64,000 nt of DNA. Origin: Saprospirales bacterium (GTDB taxonomy: Bacteria > Bacteroidota > Bacteroidia > Chitinophagales > UBA8649). Position numbers and translations under genes: made by a program. Below the pieces are notes generated by a model. That model searched no databases and had not been told where the DNA came from. It saw nothing but the letters and a program-made list of their open reading frames with translations. Below are positions 46,394 to 55,612 of the stretch, in pieces (the stretch's first letter is position 1; every line of letters starts with the position of its first letter). Location of the stretch: contig PAPS01000033.1 in assembly GCA_002708985.1 (NCBI GenBank), forward strand, positions 5,803 through 69,802, in the 5' to 3' direction.

Positions 46394-47860
46394 CAACTGT
46401 TGGATCCATTGGTTGACTTGCTGGGGCACGCAAGAGGCAATAATACAGGTTATTAGGAACAGCATAGGCATGAGGATGCTTTGCGCAAGTGATCTATATT
46501 GCCAATCAACATTTTCTTGGAGGATAAAACTACCTGTAATACACAGCAACGCAATGCTGAAGGTTAAGAGACTTTTTTGTGAAAAAGCATGTAAGGAGGT
46601 GCTTCTATACATGATTAGTGCATTAAATCCAGCTCTTAGGACCAAGCCAATCGCTGTGGTTATTGCTGCGCCATAGATACCATATATCGGTATTAATACA
46701 AAGTTTAGGACGATAACAAGAACCACAATGGCTAAAAAATTAATAAGGCCTAATACATACTTTGATGAGGCATTGATGAGCATTTGTTGTAATCCCAAAA
46801 GATGGTCTGTCAGAGTAGCAATGCCTAAAATGTATAATACAAGGCGTGTTTCGACGAATAGTTCTCCATTGGGCATAATGCTTAGTAGAATTTCTATACC
46901 ATTAACCAATGTAATTACAAGAAGTCCGGTAGCAAAGGTCATTAGCTCGGCTCCACTGTTTAGTATAGTGCGAATTTCTTCGATTTTTTCTTCTTTAAAT
47001 TTTCCGCTTACAATGGGAAGGGATATTTGTGTTAGGCTTCGCTTGCTTACGTTCAGAAATGAAATCATAAAGAGCGCTATGCTGTAAACACCTGTGCTGG
47101 CCAGGCCTACCAAGCTACTCAGCATAATAGAGTCCACTGCAAGTAGAATTACATTACTAAGCGATAATGGAATCTGAACAAGATTATACAAGAAGGTCTT
47201 CTTATAAATCTTAACTAGTGTCGTTCTTGATGGCCACTGTAATGAGGTTTTAATCATTCGGCTGACATATAATGCTGTGGCAATGGGTGGGAGAATAAAG
47301 AAAATGAGCGTGTACACGCGAGGTATATTCTTTACATCAATGCTATTCAGAAATACTAGGATTAGAAGGATTGCCAAGATCCCGCGATTCATTACATTTT
47401 GTGCAAAATCTGGAATAACAGTCCGCCGGTGGACCGAAGAAATAGCCATGCAGAAGTTTTGTACTGCAAGGCCCATGAGTCCCATGTAAATCACAAGACT
47501 GTAGGCCTTTATTCGGGGTGATTTATCTTCGTAAATACTGAAAATTTGGTCTTTAAAACCAAAATAGGCTAGTGTAAAAATCGTTGCTGTAAAAATAAAT
47601 ACGTATAAATACGAATAAATCAAGGTGTACGATTCGTTTTGACTTCGCATGGGATCAAAGTACTTACGTATGGCTTGTGGCCCTCCCATAACCAATAGAG
47701 GTACACCCATGGTAATCATTTTACGCATGGTGTCAATCAAGCCAATTTCTTCGACAGATAAAATCGCTGGAATAAGAAAGATCGTTGTGATTGCTCCGAT
47801 AGCCATTCCCACCACTCGGACGATGGCTGACTTCAAACCCTGTCGTTGTATGATGCCCAT
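46379..47860 (-). CDS. Wzx/MOP-family oligosaccharide flippase
   Basis: MGIIQRQGLKS start (TAATG overlap with the upstream gene), about 12-14 TM helices, TGVYSIA, PIYGIYGAA. Confidence 0.85.
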   Translation of the reverse strand: MGIIQRQGLKSAIVRVVGMAIGAITTIFLIPAILSVEEIGLIDTMRKMITMGVPLLVMGGPQAIRKYFDPMRSQNESYTLIYSYLYVFIFTATIFTLAYFGFKDQIFSIYEDKSPRIKAYSLVIYMGLMGLAVQNFCMAISSVHRRTVIPDFAQNVMNRGILAILLILVFLNSIDVKNIPRVYTLIFFILPPIATALYVSRMIKTSLQWPSRTTLVKIYKKTFLYNLVQIPLSLSNVILLAVDSIMLSSLVGLASTGVYSIALFMISFLNVSKRSLTQISLPIVSGKFKEEKIEEIRTILNSGAELMTFATGLLVITLVNGIEILLSIMPNGELFVETRLVLYILGIATLTDHLLGLQQMLINASSKYVLGLINFLAIVVLVIVLNFVLIPIYGIYGAAITTAIGLVLRAGFNALIMYRSTSLHAFSQKSLLTFSIALLCITGSFILQENVDWQYRSLAQSILMPMLFLITCIIASCVPQQVNQWIQQLLKRM

Positions 47861-48453
47861 TAGGTTAGTTTTTCTTCGCGTGAATTCCATTGATATGGTC
47901 CTGATTTCTCCACAAATTTCAGATGAGCCTTATCCTGCAAAACAAGCGTATTGGGAGGTATATCGCCATGAATTACACAGCCAGCTCCTATCGTAACGTT
48001 ATCTCCAATACTACTTCCTGCAAGAATCGAACAGTTCCCACCAATCCATACGTTATTTCCAATGGTTATTCCCTTTGTCTTACTGAGTTTACGGTGATCA
48101 TATTGGTCATGGTTGGTGGAGGTCAGAATAGAGTTTGGTCCAATGTTTACGTTGTCTCCAAGTGTTATTCCGCCGAAGGCGTTAATGTAGACTCCGAGAT
48201 TATCTCCAGGGTCGCAACATATGCCTTTTGTGATGTTCTCAGCACCAAATACTTTTGATCGAAAATCTACAGGCCACGGCACTTTGCCATTGATTCTTAA
48301 AATCTTTTGATGAAAAAAGTATCGTTTGATTACTCGATAGTGGGCTTGGTACCCCCTACGGGGCCTTTGATACATAGGCCATAGGAATTTCACAATCCAT
48401 CGGAATAGGGATTGATCAACAAATTCTATGAATGTCCTGATGGGAGATGCCAA
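47860..48453 (-). CDS. Hexapeptide-repeat (LbH) acyltransferase
   Basis: ITLGDNVNIGPN, ITIGNNVWIGGNCSILAG, IGDNVTIGAG. Confidence 0.85.
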   Translation of the reverse strand: MASPIRTFIEFVDQSLFRWIVKFLWPMYQRPRRGYQAHYRVIKRYFFHQKILRINGKVPWPVDFRSKVFGAENITKGICCDPGDNLGVYINAFGGITLGDNVNIGPNSILTSTNHDQYDHRKLSKTKGITIGNNVWIGGNCSILAGSSIGDNVTIGAGCVIHGDIPPNTLVLQDKAHLKFVEKSGPYQWNSREEKLT

Positions 48454-48491
48454 AGATTATGATTTAGTATTCAATGTAGTGAATTGTCTTC

Positions 48492-49319
48492 TTACGAGGC
48501 AAAACGTCGGGCAACAACCTTGTTCAAAATCTCAAAGCCCTTGGTCGTTGTGTTTACGTTATAGGTTTTCACTAAATTACTGTTGAGGTGGTTCATCGCG
48601 CTGTCAAGATCAGGTAATTGATCTATGAATTCAACTTCCTTATCAAAATTTATACGCTTTCCGCCAAATACATCATTAATGATGAGAAAGCGGCGGTTGA
48701 GATCGATTAAGCTGTTAAGACGAAGATGCCCTCCTCTCTTTAATAAGTGAGATGTTGAGTCGTCTGTTTTTTTCTGCGCTCGGTCGGCAATAGAAGGCGA
48801 GTTGTTTCTGAATTGGTCTACAATATTTTTTGGTGTGGAAGAGGTCTCTGTAGGGTTTTTTAAAGTGACACCGCTTTGCTCCTTCGGTACTTCTTCAACA
48901 GCCTCTGCGCTGGGCTTTTTGGTTTCTTCTACCGGCTGCGAGGGAACAGGATTCTTTTGTTGTTGCTCTGGTGTTTCAGCCTCTGCAGTGGAACTATGTT
49001 CTTTTGTCAAAGGGATGTCTTCTTCTTCTTCTTCTTGGCTTGGTAAATTATCGATGATTTTCTGCTGCTCTTTAATCTCTGCTGCTTTTTGCGGAGGCGG
49101 TACAACTTCTTCATTACTTTTTTCCAAGGTGGGGTTATGTGAACTTATTTCCTGTGCATCGGATAAGTTGACCGTACTTGATAAACGTCCTAAAATCTCT
49201 AGAAAAAATTCAATCTCCATTGGAGATAAATCCTCAAAGTTTTGAGCTTCAAACGTTTTAAAAAGCCATTGAAGTTTTTCAAAGCTTCGTTTAAACTCAT
49301 TGATATTGCTAATTTTCAT
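48492..49319 (-). CDS. Conserved hypothetical protein (helical ends, disordered middle)
   Basis: Glu/Pro/Gln-rich linker and C-terminal IDLNRRFLIINDVFGG domain. Confidence 0.7.
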   Translation of the reverse strand: MKISNINEFKRSFEKLQWLFKTFEAQNFEDLSPMEIEFFLEILGRLSSTVNLSDAQEISSHNPTLEKSNEEVVPPPQKAAEIKEQQKIIDNLPSQEEEEEDIPLTKEHSSTAEAETPEQQQKNPVPSQPVEETKKPSAEAVEEVPKEQSGVTLKNPTETSSTPKNIVDQFRNNSPSIADRAQKKTDDSTSHLLKRGGHLRLNSLIDLNRRFLIINDVFGGKRINFDKEVEFIDQLPDLDSAMNHLNSNLVKTYNVNTTTKGFEILNKVVARRFAS

Positions 49320-49355
49320 GGTGTGGAACGTTTTTTAAGCAGTATTTTTCAAAAA

Positions 49356-49378
49356 GATAAGATAAAAGTAAAGTAAAT
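49356..49378 (+). repeat. 23-bp element, first copy at 9935-9957
   Basis: GATAAGATAAAAGTAAAGTAAAT abutting the tdk ATG. Confidence 0.8.
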
Positions 49379-49919
49379 GGGGTCAATCGAAGTTATTTGT
49401 GGTGGAATGTTTTCAGGGAAAACAGAGGAAATGATTCGTCGTATGCGTCGCGCGACCATAGGCGGGAAAAAGGTATTTCTTGGAAAGGCAAGTAAGGATA
49501 CACGATATGATAACGAACAGGTTGTTACTCATAATATGGATCGAATGGATTCTGTACCAATTTCAAGTGTAGACGAATTATATCGAGTCGTTGGTGACGC
49601 CGACATAATAGGTATCGATGAGGTTCAATTTTTTACCGAAGAGTTTATCGATGCTTTTGAAAATTTAGCGAATCAAGGTCGTCGGGTTATCTTATCCGGC
49701 TTGGATATGGATTACGCGGGTATTCCTTTTGGTCTAATGCCCCTGCTGCTTGCACGTGCCAACCGCGTATCTAAGTTGAAGGCAGTTTGTATTCAATGTG
49801 GTCAAGATGCCTCATATTCATATCGCCTTAACAGCGTCGAAAATCAGGTGATGCTCGGATCAACCGACGCATATGAAGCGCGCTGTCGTGCGTGCTTTGC
49901 AGAAGGTATGAAATCGTAG
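49377..49919 (+). CDS. tdk: Thymidine kinase (TK1-like)
   Basis: CGGMFSGKT, IDEVQF, CIQC...EARCRAC. Confidence 0.95.
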   Translation: MGSIEVICGGMFSGKTEEMIRRMRRATIGGKKVFLGKASKDTRYDNEQVVTHNMDRMDSVPISSVDELYRVVGDADIIGIDEVQFFTEEFIDAFENLANQGRRVILSGLDMDYAGIPFGLMPLLLARANRVSKLKAVCIQCGQDASYSYRLNSVENQVMLGSTDAYEARCRACFAEGMKS

Positions 49920-49931
49920 AAGGACCTTGTC

Positions 49932-50555
49932 TTAAAAAAGTCCGTTAAGTTCTGCCTGAATTCTATTGTAGATGTCAGAAATATCATCCTTGTTCTCTAC
50001 GATGTCTGTATTATCGCAGTCGATGACTAGTAATGGTCCTTTATCGTACGAAGCTATCCAGTTTTCATAGAATTCGTTGAGCTTCTTCAAGTAGTCAAGC
50101 CGAAGATTTTCCTCATAGTCTCTTCCTCGTTTTTGAATATTATTTACTAAAGTGGGTATAGACGCCTTCATGTAAATTAAAAGATCTGGTGGTTGAATTT
50201 GCGCTTCCACGGTTTTATAAAAAGCCTTGTAATTTTCATAGTCTCGTGTGGACATAAGGCCCATTTTGTGCAAATTCGGAGCAAAAATAGCGGCATCTTC
50301 ATAGATGGTACGGTCCTGAATAATCGTTTTATTTCCTTCGCGAATCTCTAAAATTTGGCTATAGCGTTGATGCAGGAAGAAAATTTGAAGGTTAAATGCC
50401 CATCGATGCATATCTGAATAAAAGTCATCGAGATAAGGGTTTGATTCAACTTCTTCATACTGCGCTGTCCAGTCGAAATGATGAGACAAATTTTGCACTA
50501 GGGTTGTCTTCCCGGCGCCAATATTTCCGCTTACGGCAATGTGTTTTACATCCAT
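49932..50555 (-). CDS. Deoxynucleoside kinase (dNK family)
   Basis: GNIGAGKTT, LQIFFL, DRTIYED, RGRDYE. Confidence 0.93.
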   Translation of the reverse strand: MDVKHIAVSGNIGAGKTTLVQNLSHHFDWTAQYEEVESNPYLDDFYSDMHRWAFNLQIFFLHQRYSQILEIREGNKTIIQDRTIYEDAAIFAPNLHKMGLMSTRDYENYKAFYKTVEAQIQPPDLLIYMKASIPTLVNNIQKRGRDYEENLRLDYLKKLNEFYENWIASYDKGPLLVIDCDNTDIVENKDDISDIYNRIQAELNGLF

Positions 50556-50562
50556 ATTTTCC

Positions 50563-51570
50563 TTAATCTTTAAAGTAATGCATTCCCATCACGTCACGCA
50601 TTGCGTTCAATGTTTTCCTTGCACTTTCGCGTGCCTTATCCGCTCCAAGTTGCGCAATACGCTTCATTCGGACCTCGTCACTTTGCCAAGATAAAATCTC
50701 TTCTCGTTTTGGCGCAATAAAATCAATAACATCTGTGGCTAACTGGGCTTTGAAATCTCCATAACGTATTGCGCAATTCGCATAATCGGCCATAAATGCT
50801 TGTAAAGTTTCCGGACTACTGACTCCAGTCATTAACTCAAAAAGCCCTTTAATTTCTTGTGTGAAGGGACTGTTTTTTTCTTGGGGACCCTTATCTGTCT
50901 TGGCTTTTTTAAGTTTTTTCCGAATCTCGTCGTCCGAATCCGTAAGAAAGATGGTGTTGTTCGTATTGTGATCGGATTTGCTCATCTTTTGGCCACTCCC
51001 GTCCAATGCAAATATTTTCACAAGGCTTTCGCTGTAGGCAAATGCCTGAGGCTCTGGGAATAAGTCCGTTTTATACACATGATTAAATCGGTTACCAAAT
51101 GTTCGGGTCATTTCAAGATGTTGCTCTTGATCCTTACCTACCGGTACAAAGTCGGCTCGGTGAATAAGAATATCAGCTGCCATAAGCACTGGGTAGGTGA
51201 GGAGACCGGCATTTAATGATTGGCCTTTTTTTCTTGCTTTCTCTTTAAAGGATGCGGTCTTTTCCAATTCTCCTTTATTGGCGAACATATTAAGTACTAA
51301 ATAGAGTTCTGCGATCTCTGGCACATCACTCTGTATATAGAGGGTGCATTTTTCGGGATTTAAACCCAATCCGAGGTAGTGTGCAAAAATGGTTTTTGCA
51401 TGATGATTTAATGCACTGGGGTCGTGATCTGTCGTTAGGGCATGTAAATCCGCCACAAAAAAATAGCAATTGTATTCTTCTTGCATGCGCAACCAATTAG
51501 CTGCTGCCCCAAAATAATTTCCCAAGTGCAAACGACTTGTTGCACGCATTCCACTAAGCACCGTTTTCAT
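50563..51570 (-). CDS. trpS: Tryptophan-tRNA ligase
   Basis: HLGNY, YPVLMAADI, PVGKDQEQH, KMSKS. Confidence 0.97.
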   Translation of the reverse strand: MKTVLSGMRATSRLHLGNYFGAAANWLRMQEEYNCYFFVADLHALTTDHDPSALNHHAKTIFAHYLGLGLNPEKCTLYIQSDVPEIAELYLVLNMFANKGELEKTASFKEKARKKGQSLNAGLLTYPVLMAADILIHRADFVPVGKDQEQHLEMTRTFGNRFNHVYKTDLFPEPQAFAYSESLVKIFALDGSGQKMSKSDHNTNNTIFLTDSDDEIRKKLKKAKTDKGPQEKNSPFTQEIKGLFELMTGVSSPETLQAFMADYANCAIRYGDFKAQLATDVIDFIAPKREEILSWQSDEVRMKRIAQLGADKARESARKTLNAMRDVMGMHYFKD

Positions 51571-51575
51571 ACTGT

Positions 51576-51583
51576 CGAAGTTA
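51576..51583 (-). promoter_or_regulatory. -7-like element (TAACTTCG) 5 nt before the trpS ATG
   Basis: One mismatch to TAnnTTTG. Confidence 0.5.
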
Positions 51584-51643
51584 ATATTTCATTCGATATA
51601 CCACGAATAAAATCAATCTTCGATAAATCCCTCTTATTTTAGC

Positions 51644-51940
51644 ATGATGAAGGTTGATGTAAAGCTTGTTGAGCGTCTAGCATCCTTGGCAAAACTTAGT
51701 TTTGATAAGGAGGAGAAAAAGCGTCTAGTTAAAGATTTAGAGCGTATGATTGGTTTTGTTGATACGCTGGATCAACTAGATCTATCTCATGATGAGCCAA
51801 TGACACAAGTTCATCAAGTAAAAGGTCGTCTCCGATCGGATGAGACTGCGCCAACTCTTCCAAAGGAGGATGTCTTCCGCAGTGCACCAAGTCATGATGG
51901 GACTTATTTTAAAGTGCCTAAAGTGATTAAAGGGCAATGA
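51644..51940 (+). CDS. gatC: Asp/Glu-tRNA amidotransferase subunit C
   Basis: LASLAKLSF, LRSDE, YFKVPKVI. Confidence 0.9.
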   Translation: MMKVDVKLVERLASLAKLSFDKEEKKRLVKDLERMIGFVDTLDQLDLSHDEPMTQVHQVKGRLRSDETAPTLPKEDVFRSAPSHDGTYFKVPKVIKGQ

Positions 51941-52632
51941 GTGCTCTAATCTTTTTTGAGAATATTCGTAAATCGTACCGACTCGGAGGAGTAGATATTC
52001 ACGCCTTGGATGGTGTGAATTTATCCATTCATCAAAATGAATTCGTTGCGCTTATGGGCCCCTCGGGCTCCGGTAAATCCACATTGATGAATATTCTGGG
52101 CTGTCTCGATAGCCCAACTTCTGGAAAGTATGCATTAAACGGAAAAGATGTGGGGTCCATGCGTGACTGGCAGCTTTCTGAAATTCGTAATACTGAAATA
52201 GGATTTGTTTTTCAAAGCTTTAATCTATTGCCCCGGATGTCAAGTTTGGATAATGTAGCCTTACCATTGGTATATGCTGGCGTTTCTAGTAAACAGCGTC
52301 AAAATCGTGCTCAGGAGTTGCTTGAGTTAGTTGGCTTAGGCGATCGTTTAAAAAATAAACCCAATCAGCTTTCTGGTGGACAACGTCAACGAGTTGCAAT
52401 AGCAAGAGCCCTAGCTAACAAGCCTTCGTTAGTTTTAGCGGATGAACCTACAGGAAATCTTGATAGTACCACTGCTCAAGAAATCATGGAAATCTTGACG
52501 AAAGTGAACGCCCAAGGCAATACGATTGTTGTTGTTACACATGAGCGGGAAGTTGCGGAATATGCCCAACGCATTATTCATCTGAAAGACGGATGCATTG
52601 AACATCACGAGGTCTTGACTAAAAAACATTGA
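51937..52632 (+). CDS. ABC transporter ATP-binding protein (LolD/MacB-like)
   Basis: GPSGSGKS, GFVFQSFNL, LSGGQRQR, LADEPTGNLD, VTHE. Confidence 0.93.
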   Translation: MSALIFFENIRKSYRLGGVDIHALDGVNLSIHQNEFVALMGPSGSGKSTLMNILGCLDSPTSGKYALNGKDVGSMRDWQLSEIRNTEIGFVFQSFNLLPRMSSLDNVALPLVYAGVSSKQRQNRAQELLELVGLGDRLKNKPNQLSGGQRQRVAIARALANKPSLVLADEPTGNLDSTTAQEIMEILTKVNAQGNTIVVVTHEREVAEYAQRIIHLKDGCIEHHEVLTKKH

Positions 52633-52639
52633 TTTTGTC

Positions 52640-53185
52640 ATGAAAATCTACACAAAAACAGGAGATAAAGGAGAAACCGGTTTATTCGGAGGCAGTCGAG
52701 TTTCCAAGGCTGACCTGCGTGTTGAGGCTTATGGCACGGTCGATGAGTTAAACAGCGTTTTAGCTGTTGTTATAGAATATGTGGGACAGACAAATCTACC
52801 CACAGATGGACTGCTTAAAGTTCAAGATATGTTGTTTCGTATCGGTAGTCACCTTGCTTCCATGGATAATCCTAAGTCAGAATTTTTACCTGAGTTAAAT
52901 CCATTAGAGATTGAGCGTTTAGAAATTGAAATTGATGACCTCACCAATAAGTTACCCCCTTTAAAAAACTTTGTTCTTCCTGGCGGTTGCCTAGGTAATG
53001 CGTATTGTCATGTGGCTCGAAGCATATGCCGAAGAGCAGAACGGCGTGTTGTTGGCCTTGATTCCTCACTTGATTCATTGGCCTTCATCATAAAATACTT
53101 AAATAGGCTATCTGATTATCTTTTTGTACTGAGTAGGCAACTTAGCAAAGAACAAGGTGTAGAGGAGCGAAAATGGGAGGCTTAG
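52640..53185 (+). CDS. PduO-type cob(I)alamin adenosyltransferase
   Basis: KIYTKTGDKGET, GTVDELNS, CRRAERR, LNRLSDYLF. Confidence 0.93.
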   Translation: MKIYTKTGDKGETGLFGGSRVSKADLRVEAYGTVDELNSVLAVVIEYVGQTNLPTDGLLKVQDMLFRIGSHLASMDNPKSEFLPELNPLEIERLEIEIDDLTNKLPPLKNFVLPGGCLGNAYCHVARSICRRAERRVVGLDSSLDSLAFIIKYLNRLSDYLFVLSRQLSKEQGVEERKWEA

Positions 53186-53250
53186 CCCCAATTTATAGAA
53201 GATATGCACATTCGTGTGGATTCTAAACTTGTTGGATTCGTTGGAAATCC

Positions 53251-53258
53251 TATTTTTG
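53251..53258 (+). promoter_or_regulatory. Sigma-A promoter of the DUF2795 gene
   Basis: TATTTTTG with TTG 19 nt upstream (-33/-7 geometry). Confidence 0.6.
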
Positions 53259-53274
53259 GCTGAAATCGTATCGT

Positions 53275-53496
53275 ATGTTTTGGACATTAGAACTAGCGAC
53301 TCACTTAGAAGAAGCACCTTGGCCTGCGTCAAAGGACGATCTTATTGATTTTGCCATTCGAACTGGAGCTCCAGTGGAGGTGGTGGAGAATCTTCAAGAA
53401 TTGGAAGATGACGATGAAGTCTATGAAAGCATTGAAGATATATGGCCTGATTATCCTACAAAGGATGATTTCTTCTTTGATGAAGAAGAGTACTAG
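53275..53496 (+). CDS. DUF2795 protein
   Basis: MFWTLELATHLEEAPWPASKDDLID...IWPDYP. Confidence 0.9.
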   Translation: MFWTLELATHLEEAPWPASKDDLIDFAIRTGAPVEVVENLQELEDDDEVYESIEDIWPDYPTKDDFFFDEEEY

Positions 53497-53528
53497 ATAC
53501 TCCAAATATCGGGCTTCGATTGGCAATT

Positions 53529-54821
53529 TTACTCCGGTTTTTTAACCACTGTTACCAAGAAATATTTCTTTTTGCCGCGTTGAATGAGAATGATCCCATT
53601 TGACATAATATCTTTTTTAGTACAGACGTAATCTAGGCTGATTCGTTTTTTATTTACTTGGATCGAATTCTCCTTCAGTGCTCTCCTTGCATCTGATTTT
53701 GATTCGCAAATTGCGGTTACACCACTGAGCATCTCATCCATGGATAGCCCATTTTCTAGAATATCTTCAGCTAGTTCAAACTGAGGCATTCCATCGAATA
53801 TTTGGCTTAACTCCCGTGCAGTAAATACATCTAAATCACTTCGTTCCGACTTTCCAAAAAGTAACTTCGTGGCGCGTTCTGCCTTTTGGATACCTTCCTG
53901 GCCATGGACGGTAGTTGTTATATTTTCCGCGAGTTCTTTTTGCAGTGCTCTATGGTGCGGTTCCTGTTGATGTGCGGTAATTAAATCTTCGATAACTTTA
54001 CGATCAAGCATGGTGAAAAGCTTGATATACTTTGTAGCATCCTCATCACTTGTGTTTAGCCAAAATTGATAGAATGCATATGGTGACGTGCGTTTAGGAT
54101 CAAGCCAAACATTTCCTTGTTCTGTTTTGCCAAATTTTCCTCCATCAGATTTGGTCACTAAGGGACAGGTAAAAGCATAGGCTGATTTGCCCAATTCTTT
54201 GCGAATCATTTCCGTTCCTGTGGTGATGTTTCCCCATTGATCTGATCCACCTGCTTGGATTTCACAGTCTATCGTTTTAAACAAGTGCAAAAAATCATAT
54301 CCCTGTAATAATTGGTAAGTGAACTCCGTGAAGGATATTCCAGTCTCAATCCGCTTTTTAACCGATTCTTTGGTCATCATTGTATTTACTGTGACCATTT
54401 TACCGATATCTCTAATGAAGTCTAAGAGGTTAAATTTTCCAAGCCATTCTGCATTGTTGACAATTACTGCTGCATTGTCCTCGGATTCGAAATCAAGAAA
54501 TCGCTGGAGCTGTTTGCGAATGCCAAACATGTTGTATTGGATTTCTTTAGCTGTGAGAAGGTTTCTTTCCTTGCTCTTTCCAGATGGATCACCTACCATC
54601 GCAGTTGCGCCGCCAATAAGGGCAACAGGAGTATGTCCGGCTCGTTGTAGGTGCGCTAAAATCATTATCGGGACTAAACTTCCTACATGCAGAGAATCAG
54701 AGGTTGGGTCAAAACCGATATACACCTTTGTTGGTTTCTCTGCTAGTCGCTCAGCCGTGCCAGGGACATGATTATGAATCATACCTCGCCATTCCAATTC
54801 TTGAAAAACATCTTTATGCAT
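53529..54821 (-). CDS. tyrS: Tyrosine-tRNA ligase
   Basis: GFDPTSDSLHVG, YQLLQGYDF, GGSDQWGNI, KFGKT, C-terminal S4 domain. Start refined to ATG 54821. Confidence 0.97.
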   Translation of the reverse strand: MHKDVFQELEWRGMIHNHVPGTAERLAEKPTKVYIGFDPTSDSLHVGSLVPIMILAHLQRAGHTPVALIGGATAMVGDPSGKSKERNLLTAKEIQYNMFGIRKQLQRFLDFESEDNAAVIVNNAEWLGKFNLLDFIRDIGKMVTVNTMMTKESVKKRIETGISFTEFTYQLLQGYDFLHLFKTIDCEIQAGGSDQWGNITTGTEMIRKELGKSAYAFTCPLVTKSDGGKFGKTEQGNVWLDPKRTSPYAFYQFWLNTSDEDATKYIKLFTMLDRKVIEDLITAHQQEPHHRALQKELAENITTTVHGQEGIQKAERATKLLFGKSERSDLDVFTARELSQIFDGMPQFELAEDILENGLSMDEMLSGVTAICESKSDARRALKENSIQVNKKRISLDYVCTKKDIMSNGIILIQRGKKKYFLVTVVKKPE

Positions 54822-54873
54822 AATTATTGCACCTTTTTCCTGCAAGGTAAATATTTTCGCACCGGATTAGAAC

Positions 54874-55572
54874 ATGAATATCTACAGTCATTTAGTTACC
54901 CTTCCTGTATCTTGCTCACCTTACGCGGCCCATGGGGTAATTGCTCCTGATCTCTGGCCAAAATTTACTAGGGTTTATAATTCATCGCGACTCAATGCAG
55001 GTAAGATGTTAAGCGATCCTATTGTTAAGGATTGGATGGTTGGCGTTCAGTGGCATATTCATTTGGATCAGCATTTTCACAATCTCGATACTTTCCACAG
55101 GGCTTGTATATCTGTAACCGATGATGTACAGAGATATGCTGAGTCTTTGGGTTGGAAGCGCTGCCACACTATTGCCCATGTATGGATTGAGTTAATGCTT
55201 GATGGATGGCTATTAAATCAACAGGATGTTTCATCCCACTGGGGCGAGACGCTATCTGAGTCCTATAATACCTTGGTCAATCGACTAATTAGTCATGTAC
55301 CTGATTTGGATTTACTTGATGTATACCTCCAACGCCTCTCATGGTGTAAAGAGAGCCATCATTTATCCCGACCAAACCAAGTAAAGGAGCAGATGTTTAT
55401 TTTGGACAAAATCTTGCCGGAGCGATTGTTTTGTGCTCGGTTTCTAGAAGTTGATTTAGGTTGGGCGAGTGCCGTGGAACGTCGCGCTAAACAAGACTTT
55501 GGTCAAGACTTATGCACATGGGTCACAGGATGTGAAAAAGGTTTCGATACTTTTTCAAAAGGTTTAGGGTAA
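54874..55572 (+). CDS. AcpH-like (ACP phosphodiesterase family) protein, divergent
   Basis: N-terminal MNxxxH, HIHLDQHFH, HVWIELMLD metal-ligand pattern. Confidence 0.6.
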   Translation: MNIYSHLVTLPVSCSPYAAHGVIAPDLWPKFTRVYNSSRLNAGKMLSDPIVKDWMVGVQWHIHLDQHFHNLDTFHRACISVTDDVQRYAESLGWKRCHTIAHVWIELMLDGWLLNQQDVSSHWGETLSESYNTLVNRLISHVPDLDLLDVYLQRLSWCKESHHLSRPNQVKEQMFILDKILPERLFCARFLEVDLGWASAVERRAKQDFGQDLCTWVTGCEKGFDTFSKGLG

Positions 55573-55577
55573 AGGCC

Positions 55578-55585
55578 TACTTTTG
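55578..55585 (+). promoter_or_regulatory. Sigma-A -7 element (TACTTTTG)
   Basis: Exact TAnnTTTG 27 nt before ATG 55613. Confidence 0.55.
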
Positions 55586-55612
55586 AAGCAAGAACCTATC
55601 GATTAACCTGCC

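Noticed and set aside
46728-47996. Plus-strand ORFs 46728-47087, 47277-47489 and 47649-47996
   Set aside because: Antisense shadows of the flippase.
48802-49245. 147-aa Ser/Phe/Cys-rich ORF
   Set aside because: Antisense mirror of the Glu/Lys-rich linker.
54319-54771. 150-aa ORF
   Set aside because: Antisense to tyrS.
54837-54847. 11-mer CCTTGCAGGAA shared by the tyrS and radical SAM 5' regions (62874-62884)
   Set aside because: It is short and best explained as a TAnnTTGC-type -7 variant or chance.
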